Positions 46,048 through 59,400 of a DNA stretch of 64,000 nucleotides are shown here, piece after piece. Both the position numbers and the translations under genes were made by a program. Position 1 is the stretch's first letter. Each line of letters opens with the position of its first letter. Below the pieces are notes generated by a model. The model searched no databases, was not told the origin of the DNA, and was given only the letters and a program-made list of their open reading frames with translations. Location: positions 62,001 through 126,000 of the forward strand of contig JASTWF010000322.1 in assembly GCA_030390025.1 (NCBI GenBank), given 5' to 3'. Source of the DNA: Squalus acanthias. Its lineage: Eukaryota.

Positions 46048-47890
46048 AGAACATAAGAAATAGGAGCAGGAGTCGGCCATTCGGCCCCTCGAGCCTGCTC
46101 CGCCATTCAGTAAGATCGTGGCTGATCATCGACCTCAACTCCACTTTCCTGCACTATCCCCATATCCTTTGATATCCAAAAATCTATCGATCTCTATCTT
46201 GAATATACTCAACGACTGAGCCTCCACAACCCTCTGGGGTAGAGAATTCCAAAGATTCACCGCCCTCTGAGTGAAGAAATTCCTCCTCATCTCAGTCCTA
46301 AATGGCCGACCCCTTATCCTGAGACTGTGACCCCTGGTTCTAGACTCTCCAGCCAGGGGGAAACAGCCTCTCAGCATCTACTCTGTCAATCCCCCTCAGA
46401 ATCTTATACGTTTTAATGAGATCACCTCTCATTCTTCTAAACTCTAGAGAATATAGGCGTAGTCTACTCAATCTCTCCTCATAGGACAATCCCCCCATCC
46501 CAGGAACCAGTCTGGTGAACCTTCGTTGCACTCCCTCTATGGCAAGTATATCCTTCCTTAGGTAAGGAGACCAAAACTGTACCCAATACTCCAGGTGTGG
46601 TCTCACCAGGGCCCTATATAATTGCAGTAAGATGTATTTACTCTTATACTCAAATCCTCTTGTAATAAAGGCCAACATTTGCTTTCCTAATTGCTTGCTG
46701 TACCTGCATGTTATCTTTGAGTGATTCGTGTACAAGGACACCAAGGTCCCTCTGAACACCAACATTTCCCAATCTCTCACCATTTAAAAAAGAATCTGCT
46801 TTTCTATATTTCCTACCAAAGTGGATAACTTCACATTTTTCCCTATTATATTCCATTTGCCATGTTGTTGCCCACTCAGTTAGCCTGTCGAGATCCACTT
46901 GAAGCCTCTTCACATCCTCTTCACAACTAACACTGCCACCTAGCTTTGTATCATCAGCAAATTTGGAAATGTTACATTTAGTCCCCTCATCCAAATCATT
47001 GATATAGATTGTGAATAGCTGGGGCCCAAGCACCCATCCTTGCGGTACCCCACTAGTCACAGCCTGCCATCCTGAAAAAGACCCGTTTATCCCTACTATT
47101 TGTTTTCTGTCTGTTAACCAATTCTCAATCCATGCTAGTATATTACCCCCAATTCCATGTGCCCTAATTTTGTTCACCAACCTTGTGTGGGACCCTAGCA
47201 AAGGTTTTCTGAAAATCTAAATACACCACATCTACTGGTTCCCCTTTGTCTACTCCACTAGTTACATCCTCAAAGAACTCCAATAGGTTTGTCGAACAGG
47301 ATTTCCCTTTCATAAATCCATGTTGACTCTGCCCAATCTTACTATTAGTTTCTAAGTGCCCAGTTATTGCATCCTTTATAATAGATTCCAGCATTTTCCC
47401 AACTACTGATGTGAGGCTAACAGGTCTGTAGTTCCCCGTTTTCTCTTTCCCTCCTTTCTTAAATAGTGGGGTTACATTTGCTATCCTCCAATCTGCAGGA
47501 ACCGTTCCAGAATCTATAGAATTTTGGAAGATGACAACCAATGCGTCCACTATCCCAATGGCCACCTCTTTCAAAACCCTAGGATGTAGGTCATCCGGTC
47601 CTTGGGATTTATCGACTTTTAGTCTCATTAATTTTGTTTTTTTACTAATAATAATTTCATTAAGCTCCTCATTCTCGTCACACCCTTGGTTTTCTCGTAT
47701 TTGTGGGAGATTTTTTGTGTCTTCCTCCGTGAAGACAGAAACAAAGTATTTATTTATTTTCTCTGCCATTTCCTCATTCCCCATTATAAATTCTCCCGTC
47801 TCTGACTGTAAAGGACCTACATTTACCTTCACCAGTCTTTTCATTTTCACATACCTATAGAAGCTTTTACAATCTGTTTTTATATTTTCC
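46048..47890 (-). mobile_element. CR1 LINE, 5'-truncated, frameshifted ORF2
   Basis: ORFs 47164-47850, 46650-47201, 46340-46783, 46135-46377 (NYRPVSLTS, QHGF, YLDF, FADDTK). Confidence 0.93.
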
Positions 47891-47899
47891 CTTTCTTGC

Positions 47900-49075
47900 C
47901 CACAGGAACAGGAGGAGGCCCATTCAGCCCCTTGATACTGTTACACAGGAACGGGAGGAGGCCCATTCAACCCCCTCGAGCCTGTTACACAGGAACAGGA
48001 GGAGGCCCATTCAGCCCCTGGAGCCTGTTACACAGGAACAGGAGTAGGCCCATTCAGTCCCTCGAGCCTGTTACACAGGAACAGGAGGAGGCTCTTTCAG
48101 CCCCTCGAGCCTGTTGCACAGGAATGGGAGGAGGTCCATTCAGCCCCTCGAGCCTGTTACACAGGAACAGGAGGAGGCCCATTCAGCCCCCTCGAGCCTG
48201 TTACACAGAAACAGGAGGAGGCCCATTCAGCCCCTCCAGCCTGTTACACTGGAACAGGAGGAGGCCCATTCAGCCCCTCGAGCCTGTTACACAGGAACAG
48301 GAGGAGGCCCATTCAGCCCCCTCGAGCCTGTTACACAGGAACAGGAGGAGGCCCATTCAGCCCCTCGAGCCTGTTACACAGGAACAGGAGGAGGCCCATT
48401 CAGCCCCTCGAGCCTGTTACACAGGAACAGGAGGAGGCCCATTCAGCCCCTCAAGCCTGTTACACAGGAACAGGAGGAGGCCCATTCAGCCCCTCGAGCC
48501 TGTTACACAGGAACAGGAGGAGGCCCATTCAGCCCCTCGAGCCTGTTACACAGGAACAGGAGGAGGCCCATTCAGCCCCTCGAGCCTGTTCCGCCATTCA
48601 ATGAGATCATGGGCTGATCTGTGATCTAACTCCATATCCCTTAATACCTTTGGTTAACAGAAATCTATCAATCTCCGATTTAAAATTAATTGATCTAGCA
48701 TCAATTGCCTTTTGCGGAAGAGAGTTCCAAACTTCTACCACCCTTTGTGTGCAGAAGTGTTTCCTAATTTCACTCCTGAAAGGTCTGGCTCTAATTTTTA
48801 GACTAAGCCCCCTAGTCCTAGAATCCCCAACCAGCGCAAATAGTTTCTCTCTCTCTCTACCCTGTCTGTTCCCCTTAATATCCTGAAAACTTTGATCAAA
48901 TCTCCCCTTAACCTTCTCAATTCCAGGGAACACGACCCTAGTTTCTGTAATCGCTCCTCGTAACTTAACCCTTGGGAGCCCGGGTATCATTCTGGTAAAC
49001 CTCCGCTGCACTCCCTCCAAGGCCAATCTATCCTTCCTAAGGTGTGGTGCCCAGAACTGCTCACAGTGCTCCAGG
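47900..49075 (-). repeat. 43-bp minisatellite (47900-48590) contiguous with a CR1 3' fragment (48590-49075)
   Basis: Same architecture as 10290-11390. Confidence 0.88.
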
Positions 49076-49169
49076 TGTGGAATTTACTGATCAGATCAAT
49101 AGCAGTTAACTTCATGGCTCTGTGGAAATCCCTTTCAAACATGAAAAGGGGGGAGGGAATGAAAGAAAA

Positions 49170-49775
49170 AGACTTGCATTTCTCCCGCGCCTTTCACCAC
49201 CTCAGGACGTCCCAAAGTGCTTTACAGCCCATGAAGTACTTTATGATGTGGAGTCACTGCTGTATTGTGGGAAACGCGGCAGCCAATTTGCACACAGCAA
49301 GCTCCCACAAACAGCAATGAAATAATGACCAGATCATCTATTTTAGTGATGTTGGTTGAGGGATAAATACTGGCCCCGGGACACCAGGGAGAACTCCCCC
49401 CTGCTCTTCTTCGATATAGTGGCTGTGGGATCTTTTACGTCCACCTGAGAGAGCAGACGGGGCCTCGGTTTAACGTCTCATCCGAAAGACGGCACCTCTG
49501 ACAGTGCAGCACTCCCTCAGTACTGGCACCAGGGAGTGTGGGCCTGGATTATGGAGCTCGAGTCCGAGAGTATATACATTTACCTCCGACAGTGCAGCGC
49601 TCCCTCAGTACTGGCACCGGGGAGTGTGGGCCTGGATTATGGGGCTCGAGTCCTAGAGTATATACATCTACCTCCGACAGTGCAGCGCTCCCTCAGTACT
49701 GGCACCAGGGAGTGTGGGCCTGGATTATGGAGCTTGAGTCTCTGGAGTGGGGACTCGAATCATCTGATTCGGAGA
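49170..49775 (-). mobile_element. Deu-domain SINE with internal tandem repeat
   Basis: Same family as 12115-12672. Confidence 0.8.
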
Positions 49776-50094
49776 CCAGAGAGTGCGGCCCACGGTTGAA
49801 ACCTGTGCCTCCTTTCCCTGAAGTGTTAGGGGTGGGCCTTCTTCCTGAAGCGCAGCAGTCTGACTGCGTGGGTTGCTGGGCCACGCCACAATCCATACTA
49901 GCCTATTGAGATCTCTCATGACCTGCTCATCGATTTCCCAGCAGAGTTGTTCCCAACCCCTCGCAACTGTAAAAATGTGCTCTGCATTTTCGGTGGGCCT
50001 TTGGCTTTTACTGTGTTTTTGTGGGAGGGTCGGGGTGAGTGGATGGGCGTATCCAGTGACACATCTACATTGACAATAGAGGTGTCCAACCCTA

Positions 50095-50730
50095 AGAACA
50101 GGAGAAATAGGAGCAGGAGTCGGCCATTCAGCCCCTCGAGCCTGCTCCGCCATTCAATAAGATCCTGGCTGATCTTTGACCTCAACTCCACTTTCCCCGT
50201 CCGATCTCCATATCCCTTGATTCCCTTAACATTCAAAAATCTATCGATCTCTGTCTTGAATATACTCAACGACTGAGCCTCCACAGCCCTCTGGGGTAGA
50301 GAATTCCAAAGATTCACCACCCTCTGAGTGAAGAAATTCCTCCTCATCTCAGTCCTAAATGGCCGACCCCTTATCCTGAGACTGTGACCCCTGGTTCTAG
50401 ACTCTCCAGCCAGGGGGAAACATCCTTCCTGCATCTACCCTGTCAATCCCTGTAGGAATTTTGTGTGTTTCAATGAGATCACCTCTCATTCTTCTAAACC
50501 CTAGAGAATATAGGCCTAGTCTACTCAATCTCTCCTCATACGACAGTCCTGCCATCCCAGGAACCAGTCTGGTAAACCTTCGTTGCACTCCCTCTATGGT
50601 AAGTATATCCTTCCTTAGGTAAGGAGACCAAAACTGTACACAATACTCCAGGTGTGGTCTCACCAGGGCCCTATATAATTGCAGTAAGACGTCTTTACTC
50701 TTATACTCAAATCCTCTTGTAATAAAGGCC
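50095..50730 (-). mobile_element. CR1 3' fragment
   Basis: ORFs 50397-50732 and 49916-50434. Confidence 0.9.
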
Positions 50731-50784
50731 AAAAATAACCCAAACTACTAACCTTAAATCAAATCCGCTTCCCTCTACCATCAG

Positions 50785-52075
50785 TGTCAGTCGTGGCTGA
50801 GTGGGTAGCAGTCTCGCCTCTGAGTCAGAAAGTTGTGGGTTCAAGCCCCACTTCAGAGACTTGAGCATAAAAATCTAGGCTGACACTCCCCGGTGCCAGT
50901 ACTGAGGGAGTGCTGCACTGTCGGAGGTGCCGTCTTTCAGATGAGACGTTATAACCGAGGCCCCGTCTGCTCTCTCTCGAGGGGCTGAATGGGCCTCCTC
51001 CTGTTCTTGTGTAACAGGCTCGAGGGGGCTGAATGGGCCTCCTCCTGTTCCTGTGTAACAGGCTCTAGGGGGCTGAATGGGCCTCCTCCTGTTATTGTGT
51101 AACAGGCTCGAGGGGGCTGAATGGGCCTCCTCCTGTTCCTGTGTAACAGGCTCGAGGGTCTGAATGGGCCTCCTCCTGTTCCTGTGTAACAGGCTCGAGG
51201 GTCTGAATGGGCCTCCTCCTGTTCCTGTGTAACAGACTCGAGGGGCTGAATGGGCCTCCTCCTGTTCCTGTGTAACAGGCTCGAGGGGCTGAATGGGCCT
51301 CCTCCCGTTCCTGTGTAACAGGCTCGAGGGGCTGAATGGGCCTCCTCCCGTTCTTGTGTAACAGGCTCGAGGGGGCTGAATGGGCCTCCTCCTGTTCCTG
51401 TGTAACAGGCTCCAGTGGCTTTGGAGGCGGTGCAACGAAGGTTCACTAGATTGATCCCTGGGATGGGGGGGATTGTCCTGTGAGGAGAGATTGAGTAGAA
51501 TGGGCCGATACTCTCTGGAGTTTAGAAGAATGAGAGCTGATCTCATTGAAATGTATAAGATTCTGAGGGGGATTGACAGGGTAGATGCTGAGAGGCTGTT
51601 TCCCCCTGGCTGGAGAGTCTAGAACCAGGGGTCACAGTCTCAGGATAAGGGGTCGGTCATTTAGGACTGAGATGAGGAGGAATTTCTTCACTCAGAGGGT
51701 GGTGAATCTTTGGAATTCTCTGCCCCAGAGGGCTGTGGAGGCTCAGTCGTTGAGTCTATTCAAGGCCGAGATCGATAGATTTTTGGACTCTCGGGGAATT
51801 GAGGGATATGGAGATCGGGCGGGAAAGTGGAGTTGAGGTCGAAGATCAGCCTCGATCTTATTGAATGGCAGAGCAGGCTCGAGGGGCCGAATGGCCGACT
51901 CCTGCTCCTATTTCTTATATTCTTAAGAATGGGCCTCCTCCTGATCCTATGGTAACAGGCTCAAGGGGGCTGAATGGGCCTCCTGCTGTTCCTGTGTAAC
52001 AGGCTCGAGGGGCTGAATGGGCCTCCTCCTGTTCCTATGGTAACAGGCTCAAGGGGGCTGAATGGCCTCCTGTTC
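50785..52075. mobile_element. SINE 5' half (50785-50975), 43-bp minisatellite (50975-51410, 51930-52075) and CR1 3' fragment (+, 51415-51925)
   Basis: Motifs as above; ORF 51585-51836. Confidence 0.82.
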
Positions 52076-52225
52076 TCGACATTGAATTCTATCTGCCAGT
52101 CTTGAGCCTGTTTTCCCCCAATCTTATCCCTCTGCAGCTTCCTGCAGTCTCCAGCACCGATCCCGCTGGCGTTGTGAAGGTTTATCAGCTTTAACCGGCG
52201 TTGAACCGCAGGCGGGTCCCGTGAG

Positions 52226-52357
52226 ATGATGGCGAGACAGATCGGGAAGCTGGCCAGCAAGTCCAGCGCGCTGTTCCTCTGTGACATGCAGGAGAAATTC
52301 CGACCCAGTGTGGCTTACTTTCCTCAGGTCGTGGCCGTCGCTGCCAGGATGCTCCAG
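52226..52357 (+). CDS. ISOC2: Isochorismatase domain-containing protein 2, first coding exon ([44 protein letters not shown])
   Basis: Acceptor AG 52210-52211, donor [20 protein letters not shown] motif. Confidence 0.93.
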
Positions 52358-52456
52358 GTGAGACGGGGAGAGGGAGGGGAAAGGGATCGGAGAGGGGTAT
52401 GGAAGGAAGATAAATAAGTTTAAATTTTAGTAATAAAGTAACATAAGGGTTAAGTC

Positions 52457-53401
52457 ATGACAGGAAGTCTCGGACCCGTTTCATGCTCCTCCTGTGCCAT
52501 GTGGGAAACCAGGGACACTTCCAGTGTCCCTTACAACTACGTGTGCGGGAAGTGTGTCCAGCTGTAGCTCCTGACAGCCCGCATGGCGGTGCTGGAGCTG
52601 TGGGTGGACTCACTCTGGAGCATGCACGATGCCGAGAACTCGGTGAATCGCTCATTTAGTGAGTTGTCCACACCGCAGGTAAAGGCTAGGACAGACAGTG
52701 AATGGGTGACCAAGAAGCAGGGCAATATCAGGAAGGTAGTGCAGGAGTCCCCTGTGGTCATCTCCCTCCAAAACAGGTATGCCACTTTGGATACTGTTGG
52801 GGGAGATGGCCTACCAGGGGAAGGCACCAGCAGCCAGGTTCATGGCACCATGGCTGGCTCTGCTGCACAGCAGGGCGGGAAAAAGAGTGGTAGGGTTATA
52901 GTGATAGGGGACTCAATTGTAAGGGGAATAGACAGGAGTTTCTGTGGCCGCAACCGAGATTCCAGGATGGTATGTTACCTCCCTGGTGCAAGGGTCAAGG
53001 ATGTCTCGGAGCGGCTGCAGAACATTCTGAAGAGGGAGGGTGAACAGCCAGCTGTCGTGGTGCATGTAGGTACCAACGATATAGGTAAAAAGCGGGAAGA
53101 GGTCCTACAAGCAGAATTTAGGGAGCTAGGAGCTAAATTAAAAAGTAGGACCTCTAAGATTGTAATCTCTGGATTGCTACCAGGGCCACGTGCTAATCAG
53201 AATAGAGAGAACAGGATAATGAGATTGAATAAGTGGCTTGAGCAGTGGTGCAGGAGGGAGGGATTCAAATTCCTGAGGCATTGGAACCAGTTCTGGGGGA
53301 AGTGGGACCTGTACAAAAGGGATGGTCTGCACTTGGGCAGGACTAGAACCGATGTCCTCGGGGTAATATTTGCTAAAGCAGTTCGGGAGGATTTAAACTA
53401 G
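52457..53401 (+). pseudogene. CR1 ORF1 (CxxC...CxxC zinc finger, SGNH esterase) with premature TAG at 52565
   Basis: MTGSLGPVSCSSCAMW...VCGKCVQL* is in frame with ORF 52583-53401 (IGDSIVRG, HVGTND, DGLHL). Confidence 0.85.
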
Positions 53402-53448
53402 TATGGCAGGGGAATGGGAACCTATGTAGCGAAACAGGGGGAAGTAAT

Positions 53449-56362
53449 ATGCAGTCAGAAACAAATGTTAGAAGGGTGAGAAACAATAGGGGAAGGCCGA
53501 GTAAACAAAGGCAAGAAACACAAAGGGCCATACTAAATCATAAGTCTAAAAGGACAAAGGATGTTAATAAAACAAGCCTAAAGGCTCTGTGTCTTAATGC
53601 AAGGAGTATCCGTAATAAGGTGGATGAATTGACTGTGCAAATAGATGTTAACGGATACGATGTGATTGGGATTACAGAGACGTGGCTCCAGAACAATCAA
53701 GGCTGGGAACTGAACATCCAGGGGTATTCAACATTCAGAAAGGATAGAATAAAAGGAAAAGGGGGTGGGGTAGCATTGCTGGTTAAAGAGGAGATTAATG
53801 CAATAGCTAGGAAGGACATCAGCTTGGAGGATGTGGAATCAATATGGGTTGAACTGCAGAACACCAAAGGGCAGAAAACGTTAGTGGGAGTTGTGTACAG
53901 ACCTCCAAACAGCAGTAGTGAGGTGGGGGAGGGTATGAAACAGGAAATCAGAGGTGCGTGCAAAAAAGGCACGGCAGTTATCATGGGTGACTTTAATATG
54001 CATATAGATTGGGCTACTCAAACTGGAAGCAATACGGTGGAGGAGGATTTCCTGGAGTGTTTAAGGGATGGTTTCCTAAACCAATATGTTGAGGAACCAA
54101 CTCGAGGGGAGGCCATCCTGGACTGGGTGTTGTGTAATGAGGAAGGACTAATCAGCAATCTTGTGGTACGAGGCCCCCTGGGGAAGAGTGACCATAGTAT
54201 GGTGGAGTTCTACATTAGGATGGAGAAGGAAACAGTTAAGTCAGAGACCATGGTCCAGAACTTAAATAAGGGCAACTTTGAGGGTATGAGGCGTGAATTG
54301 GCGAGGTTAAATTGGCAAGCGATATTTAAGGGGCTATCAGTGGAAGGGCAATGGCAGACATTTAGAGATCGCATGGATGAACTACAACAATTGTACATCC
54401 CGGTCTGGCGTAAAAATAAAAAAGGGAAGGTGGCTCAACCATGGCTAACAAGGGAAATCAGGGATAGTATTAAAACCAAGGAAGTTGCATACAAATTGGC
54501 CAGAAGTAGCAGCAAACCCGGGGACTGGGAGAACTTCAAAACTCAGCAGAGGAGGACGAAGGGTTTGATTAGGGCAGGGAAAATAAAATATGAAAGGAAG
54601 CTTGCAGAGAACATTAAAATGGACTGCAAAAGCTTCTATAAATATGTAAAAAGAAAGAGGTTAGTAAAAACAAACGTAGGTCCCCTGCAGTCGGAAACAG
54701 GGGAAGTCGTAATGGGGAACAAGGAAATGGCAGATCAATTGAACAAGTACTTTGGTTCGGTGTTTACTGTGGAGGACATAAAAGGAGTCAGAGGATCTGG
54801 TAAGAGGGAGGAGCTGAGGGAAATCCTTATTAGTCGGGAAAAGGTATTGGGGAAATTGATGGGACTGAAGGCTGAAAAATCCCCGGGGCCTGATGGTCTG
54901 CATCCCAGAGTACTTAAGGAGGTGGCCTTGGAAATAGTGGATGCATTGACGATCATTTTCCAACATTCCTTAGACTCTGGATCAGTTCCGATGGAGTGGA
55001 GGGTGGCCAATGTAACCCCTCTTTTTAAAAAAGGAGGGAGGGAGAAAGCAGGGAATTATAGTCAGCCTGACATCGGTCGTGGGTAAAATGATGGAAGCAA
55101 TTATTAAAGATGTCATAACAGACCATTTGGAAAGTGGCGACATGATAGGTCCAAGTCAGCATGGATTTGTGAAAGGGAAATCATGCTTGACAAATCTTCT
55201 GGAATTTTTTGAGGATGTTTCCAATAGGGTGGACAGGGGGGAACCAGTAGATGTGGTGTATTTGGACTTTCAGAAGGCCTTCGACAAGGTCCCACACAAG
55301 AGATTGGTGAGCAAAGTTAAAGCACATGGGATTGGGGGTAATGTGTTGACGTGGATTGAGAACTGGTTGGCACACAGGAAACAAAGAGTAGGAGTAAATG
55401 GGTACTTTTCAGAATGGCAGGCAGTGACCAGCGGGGTACCGCAGGGTTCGGTGCTGGGACCCCAGCTGTTTACATTATATATTAATGATTTGGACGAAGG
55501 GATTAAATGTAATATCTCCAAATTTGCGGATGACACTAAATTGGGAGGCAGTGTGAACAATGAGGAGGATGCTAGGAGGCTACAGAGTGACTTGGACAGG
55601 TTGGGTGAATGGGCAAATGTATGGCAGATGAAGTACAATGTGGATAAATGTGAGGTTATCCACTTTGGTGGTAAAAATAGAGAGGCGGACTATTACCTGA
55701 ATGGTGGCAGATTAGGGAAAGGGGAGGTGCAACGAGACCTGGGCGTCATGGTACATCAGTCACTGAAGGTGGGAATGCAAGTGCAGCAGGCAGTCAAGAA
55801 AGCAAACGGAATGATGGCCTTCATAGCAAGGGGATTTGAGTACAGGAGTAGGGAGGTGATGCTGCAGTTGTACAGGGCCTTGGTGAGGCCACACCTGGAG
55901 TATTGTGTGCAGTTTTGGTCTCCTAACTTAAGGAAGGACATTCTTGCTATTGAGGGAGTGCAGCGAAGGTTCACTAGATTGATTCCTGGGATGGCCAGAC
56001 TGACATATCAAGAAAGATTGGGTCAACTGAACTTGTATCCTCTGGAGTTCAGAAGAATGAGGGGGGATCTTATAGAGACATTTAAAATCCTGACTGGTTT
56101 AGACAAATTAGATGCGGGCAGAATGTTCCCAATGTTAGGGGAAACTAGAACCAGGGGTCACAGTCTAAGGATTAAGGGGAAGCCATTTAAGACTGAGCTG
56201 AGGAGGAACTTCTTCACCCAGAGAGTGGTGAATCTATGGAATTCTCTTCCACAGAAGGTTGGTGAGGCCAGGTCGCTAAATATATTCAAAAGGGAGTTAG
56301 ATATAACATTCACAACTAGGGGGATCAAGGGGTATGGCGAGAAAGCAGGAATGGGGTACTGA
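53449..56362 (+). pseudogene. CR1 ORF2 (endonuclease + RT) with one frameshift near 55061
   Basis: ORFs 53449-55086 (LNARS, ITETW, MGDFN, SDH) and 55079-56362 (QHGF, FADDTK); NYRPVSLTS motif broken by a small deletion. Confidence 0.9.
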
Positions 56363-56462
56363 GGTAGCATGTTCAGCCATGAACGCATTGAATGGCGGTG
56401 CAGGCTCGAAGGACCGAATGGTCTACTCCTGTACCTATTTTCTATGTTTCTATGTTTCTATG

Positions 56463-59400
56463 AAGGGAGAGGGAGAGGCGCTGGAAGGTGGGAAGAGGGA
56501 GGGAGATGGTGATGGAGAGGGGTTGGAGGGAGAAGGAGAGGGGTAGGAGGGAGAGGGAGAGGGTTGGAGGGAGAAGGAGGGGTTGGAGGGAGAAGGAGGG
56601 GTTGGAGGGAGGGAGAGGGGTGGGAGGGAGAGGGAGAAGGGTTGGAGGGAGATGGAGGAGGGTGGGAGGGAGAAGGAGAGGGGTTGGAGGGAGATGGGTA
56701 GGAGGGAGAGGGGTTGGAGGGAGAAGGAGAAGGGTTGGAGGGAGAGGGGTTGGCGGGAGATGGAGGAGGGTGGGAGGGAGGGAAGATGGAGGAGGGTGGG
56801 AGGGAGAGGAGATGGAGGAGGGTGGGAGGGAGAGGAGATGGAGGAGGGTGGGATGGAGGGGAGATGGAGGAGGGTGGGAGGGAGAGGAGATGGAGGAGGG
56901 AGGGAGGGGAGATGGAGGAGGGAGGGAGGGAGAGAGGAGATGGAGGAGGGTGGGAGGGAGAGAGGAGATGGAGGAGGGTGGGAGGGGAGATGGAGGAGGG
57001 TGGGAGGGAGAGGAGATGGAGGAGGGTGGGAGATGGAGGAGGGTCGGAGGGAGAGGAGATGGAGGAGGGTGGGAGGGAGGGAGATGGAGGAGGGTGGGAG
57101 GGAGATGGAGGAGGGTGGGAGGGAGAGGCGATGGAGGAGGGTGGGAGGGAGAGGAGATGGAGGAGGGTGGGAGGGAGAGGCGATGGAGGAGGGTGGGAGG
57201 GAGAGGAGATGGAGGAGGGTGGGAGGGAGAGGAGATGGAGGAGGGTGGGAGGGAGAGGAGATGGAGGAGGGTGGGAGGGAGAGGAGATGGAGGAGGGTGG
57301 GAGGGAGAGGAGATGGAGGAGGGTGGGAGGGAGAGGAGATGGAGGAGGGTGGGAGGGAGAGGAGATGGAGGAGGGTGGGAGGGAGGGGAGATGGAGGAGG
57401 GTGGGAAGGAGAGGAGATGGTGGAGGGAGGGAGGGGAGATGGTGGAGGGAGGGAGGGGAGATGGTGGAGGGAGGGAGGGGAGATGGAGGAGGGAGGGAGA
57501 GGAGATGGAGGAGGGAGGGAGAGGAGATGGAGGAGGGAGGGAGGGGAGATGGAGGAGGGAGGGAGGGGAGATGGAGGAGGGAGGGAGAGGAGATGGAGGA
57601 GGGAGGGAGGGGAGATGGAGGAGGGAGGGAGAGGAGATGAGGGAGGGAGAAGAGATGGAGGAGGGAGGGAGAGATGGAGGAGGGAGGGAGGGAGAGATGG
57701 AGGAGGGAGGGAGGGAGAGATGGAGGAGGGAGGGAGAGGAGATGGAGGAGGGAGGGAGGGGAGATGGAGGAGGGAGAGGAGATGGAGGAGGGAGGGAGAA
57801 GAGATGAGGGAGGGAGGGGAGATGGAGGAGGGTGGGAAGGAGAGGAGATGGTGGAGGGAGGGAGGGGAGATGGTGGAGGGAGGGAGGGGAGATGGAGGAG
57901 GGAGGGAGAGGAGATGGAGGAGGGAGGGAGGGGAGATGGAGGAGGGAGGGAGGGGAGATGGAGGAGGGAGGGAGGGGAGATGGAGGAGGGAGGGAGAGGA
58001 GATGGAGGAGGGAGGGAGAAGAGATGAGGGAGGGAGGGGAGATGGAGGAGGGTGGGAGGGAGAGGAGATGGAGGAGGGTGGGAGGGAGAGGAGATGGAGG
58101 AGGGTGGGAGGGAGAGGAGATGGAGGAGGGTGGGAGGGAGAGGAGATGGAGGAGGGTGGGAGGGAGGGGAGATGGAGGAGGGAGGGAGGGGAGATGGAGG
58201 AGGGTGGGAGGGAGGGGAGATGGAGGAGGGAGGGGAGATGGAGGAGGGAGAGGAGATGGAGGAGGGAGGGAGAGGAGATGGAGGAGGGAGGGAGAGGAGA
58301 TGGGGAGGGAGGGAGAGGAGATGGAGGAGGGAGGGAGAGGAGATGGAGGAGGGAGGGAGGGACGGGAGATGGAGGAGGGAGGGAGGGACGGGAGATGGAG
58401 GAGGGAGGGAGGGACGGGAGATGGAGGAGGGTGGGAGGGAGAGGAGATGGAGGAGGGTGGGAGGGAGAGGAGATGGAGGGTGGGAGGGAGGGGAGATGGA
58501 GGTGGGAGGGAGAGGAGATGGAGGGAGGGAGAGGAGATGGAGGAGAGTGGGAGGGAGAGGAGATGGAGGTGGGTGGGAGGGAGAGGAGATGGAGGAGGGT
58601 GGGAGAGGAGATGAAGGAGGGTGGGAGGGAGAGGAGATGAAGGAGGGTGGGAGGGAGAGGAGATGGAGGAGGGAGGGAGAGGAGATGGAGGAGGGAGGGT
58701 GGGAGGGAGATGGAGGAGGGTGGGAGGCAGAGGAGATGGAGGAGGGTGGGAGGGAGAGGGGATGGAGGAGGGAGGGAGAGGAGATGGAGGAGGGAGGGAG
58801 AGGAGATGGAGGAGGGAGGGAGAGGAGATGGAGGAGGGAGGGTGGAGGGAGATGGAGGAGGGTGGGAGGGAGAGGAGATGGAGGAGGGTGGGAGGGAGAG
58901 GAGATGGAGGAGGGTGGGAGGGAGAGGAGATGGAGGAGGGTGGGAGGGAGAGGAGATGAAGGAGGGTGGGAGGGAGAGGAGATGGAGGAGGGTGGGAGGG
59001 AGATGGAGGAGGGTGGGAGGGAGAGGCGATGGAGGAGGGTGGGAGGGAGAGGAGATGGAGGAGGGTGGGAGGGAGAGGGTGGGGAGATGGAGGAGGGTGG
59101 GAGGGAGAGGAGATGGAGGAGGGTGGGAGGGAGAGGGTGGGGAGGTGGAGGAGGGTGGGAGGGAGAGGGGATGGAGGAGGGTGGGAGGGAGCGGAGATGG
59201 AGGAGGGTGGGAGGGAGAGGGGATGGAGGAGGGTGGGAGGGAGAGGGGATGGAGGAGGGTGGGAGGGGGAGGAGATGGGATAGGGAGGGAGAGGAGATGG
59301 AGGAGGGAGGGAGAGGAGATGGAGGAGGGAGGGAGGGAGAGGAGATGGAGGAGGGAGGGAGGGAGAGGAGATGAAGGAGGGTGGGAGGGAGAGGAGATGG

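Larger units (their letters stand above)
52400..56462 (+). mobile_element. Near-full-length CR1 LINE in ISOC2 intron
   Basis: ORF1 (zinc finger + SGNH esterase), ORF2 (APE endonuclease + RT), 3' (TTTCTATG)3 tail. Confidence 0.96.
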
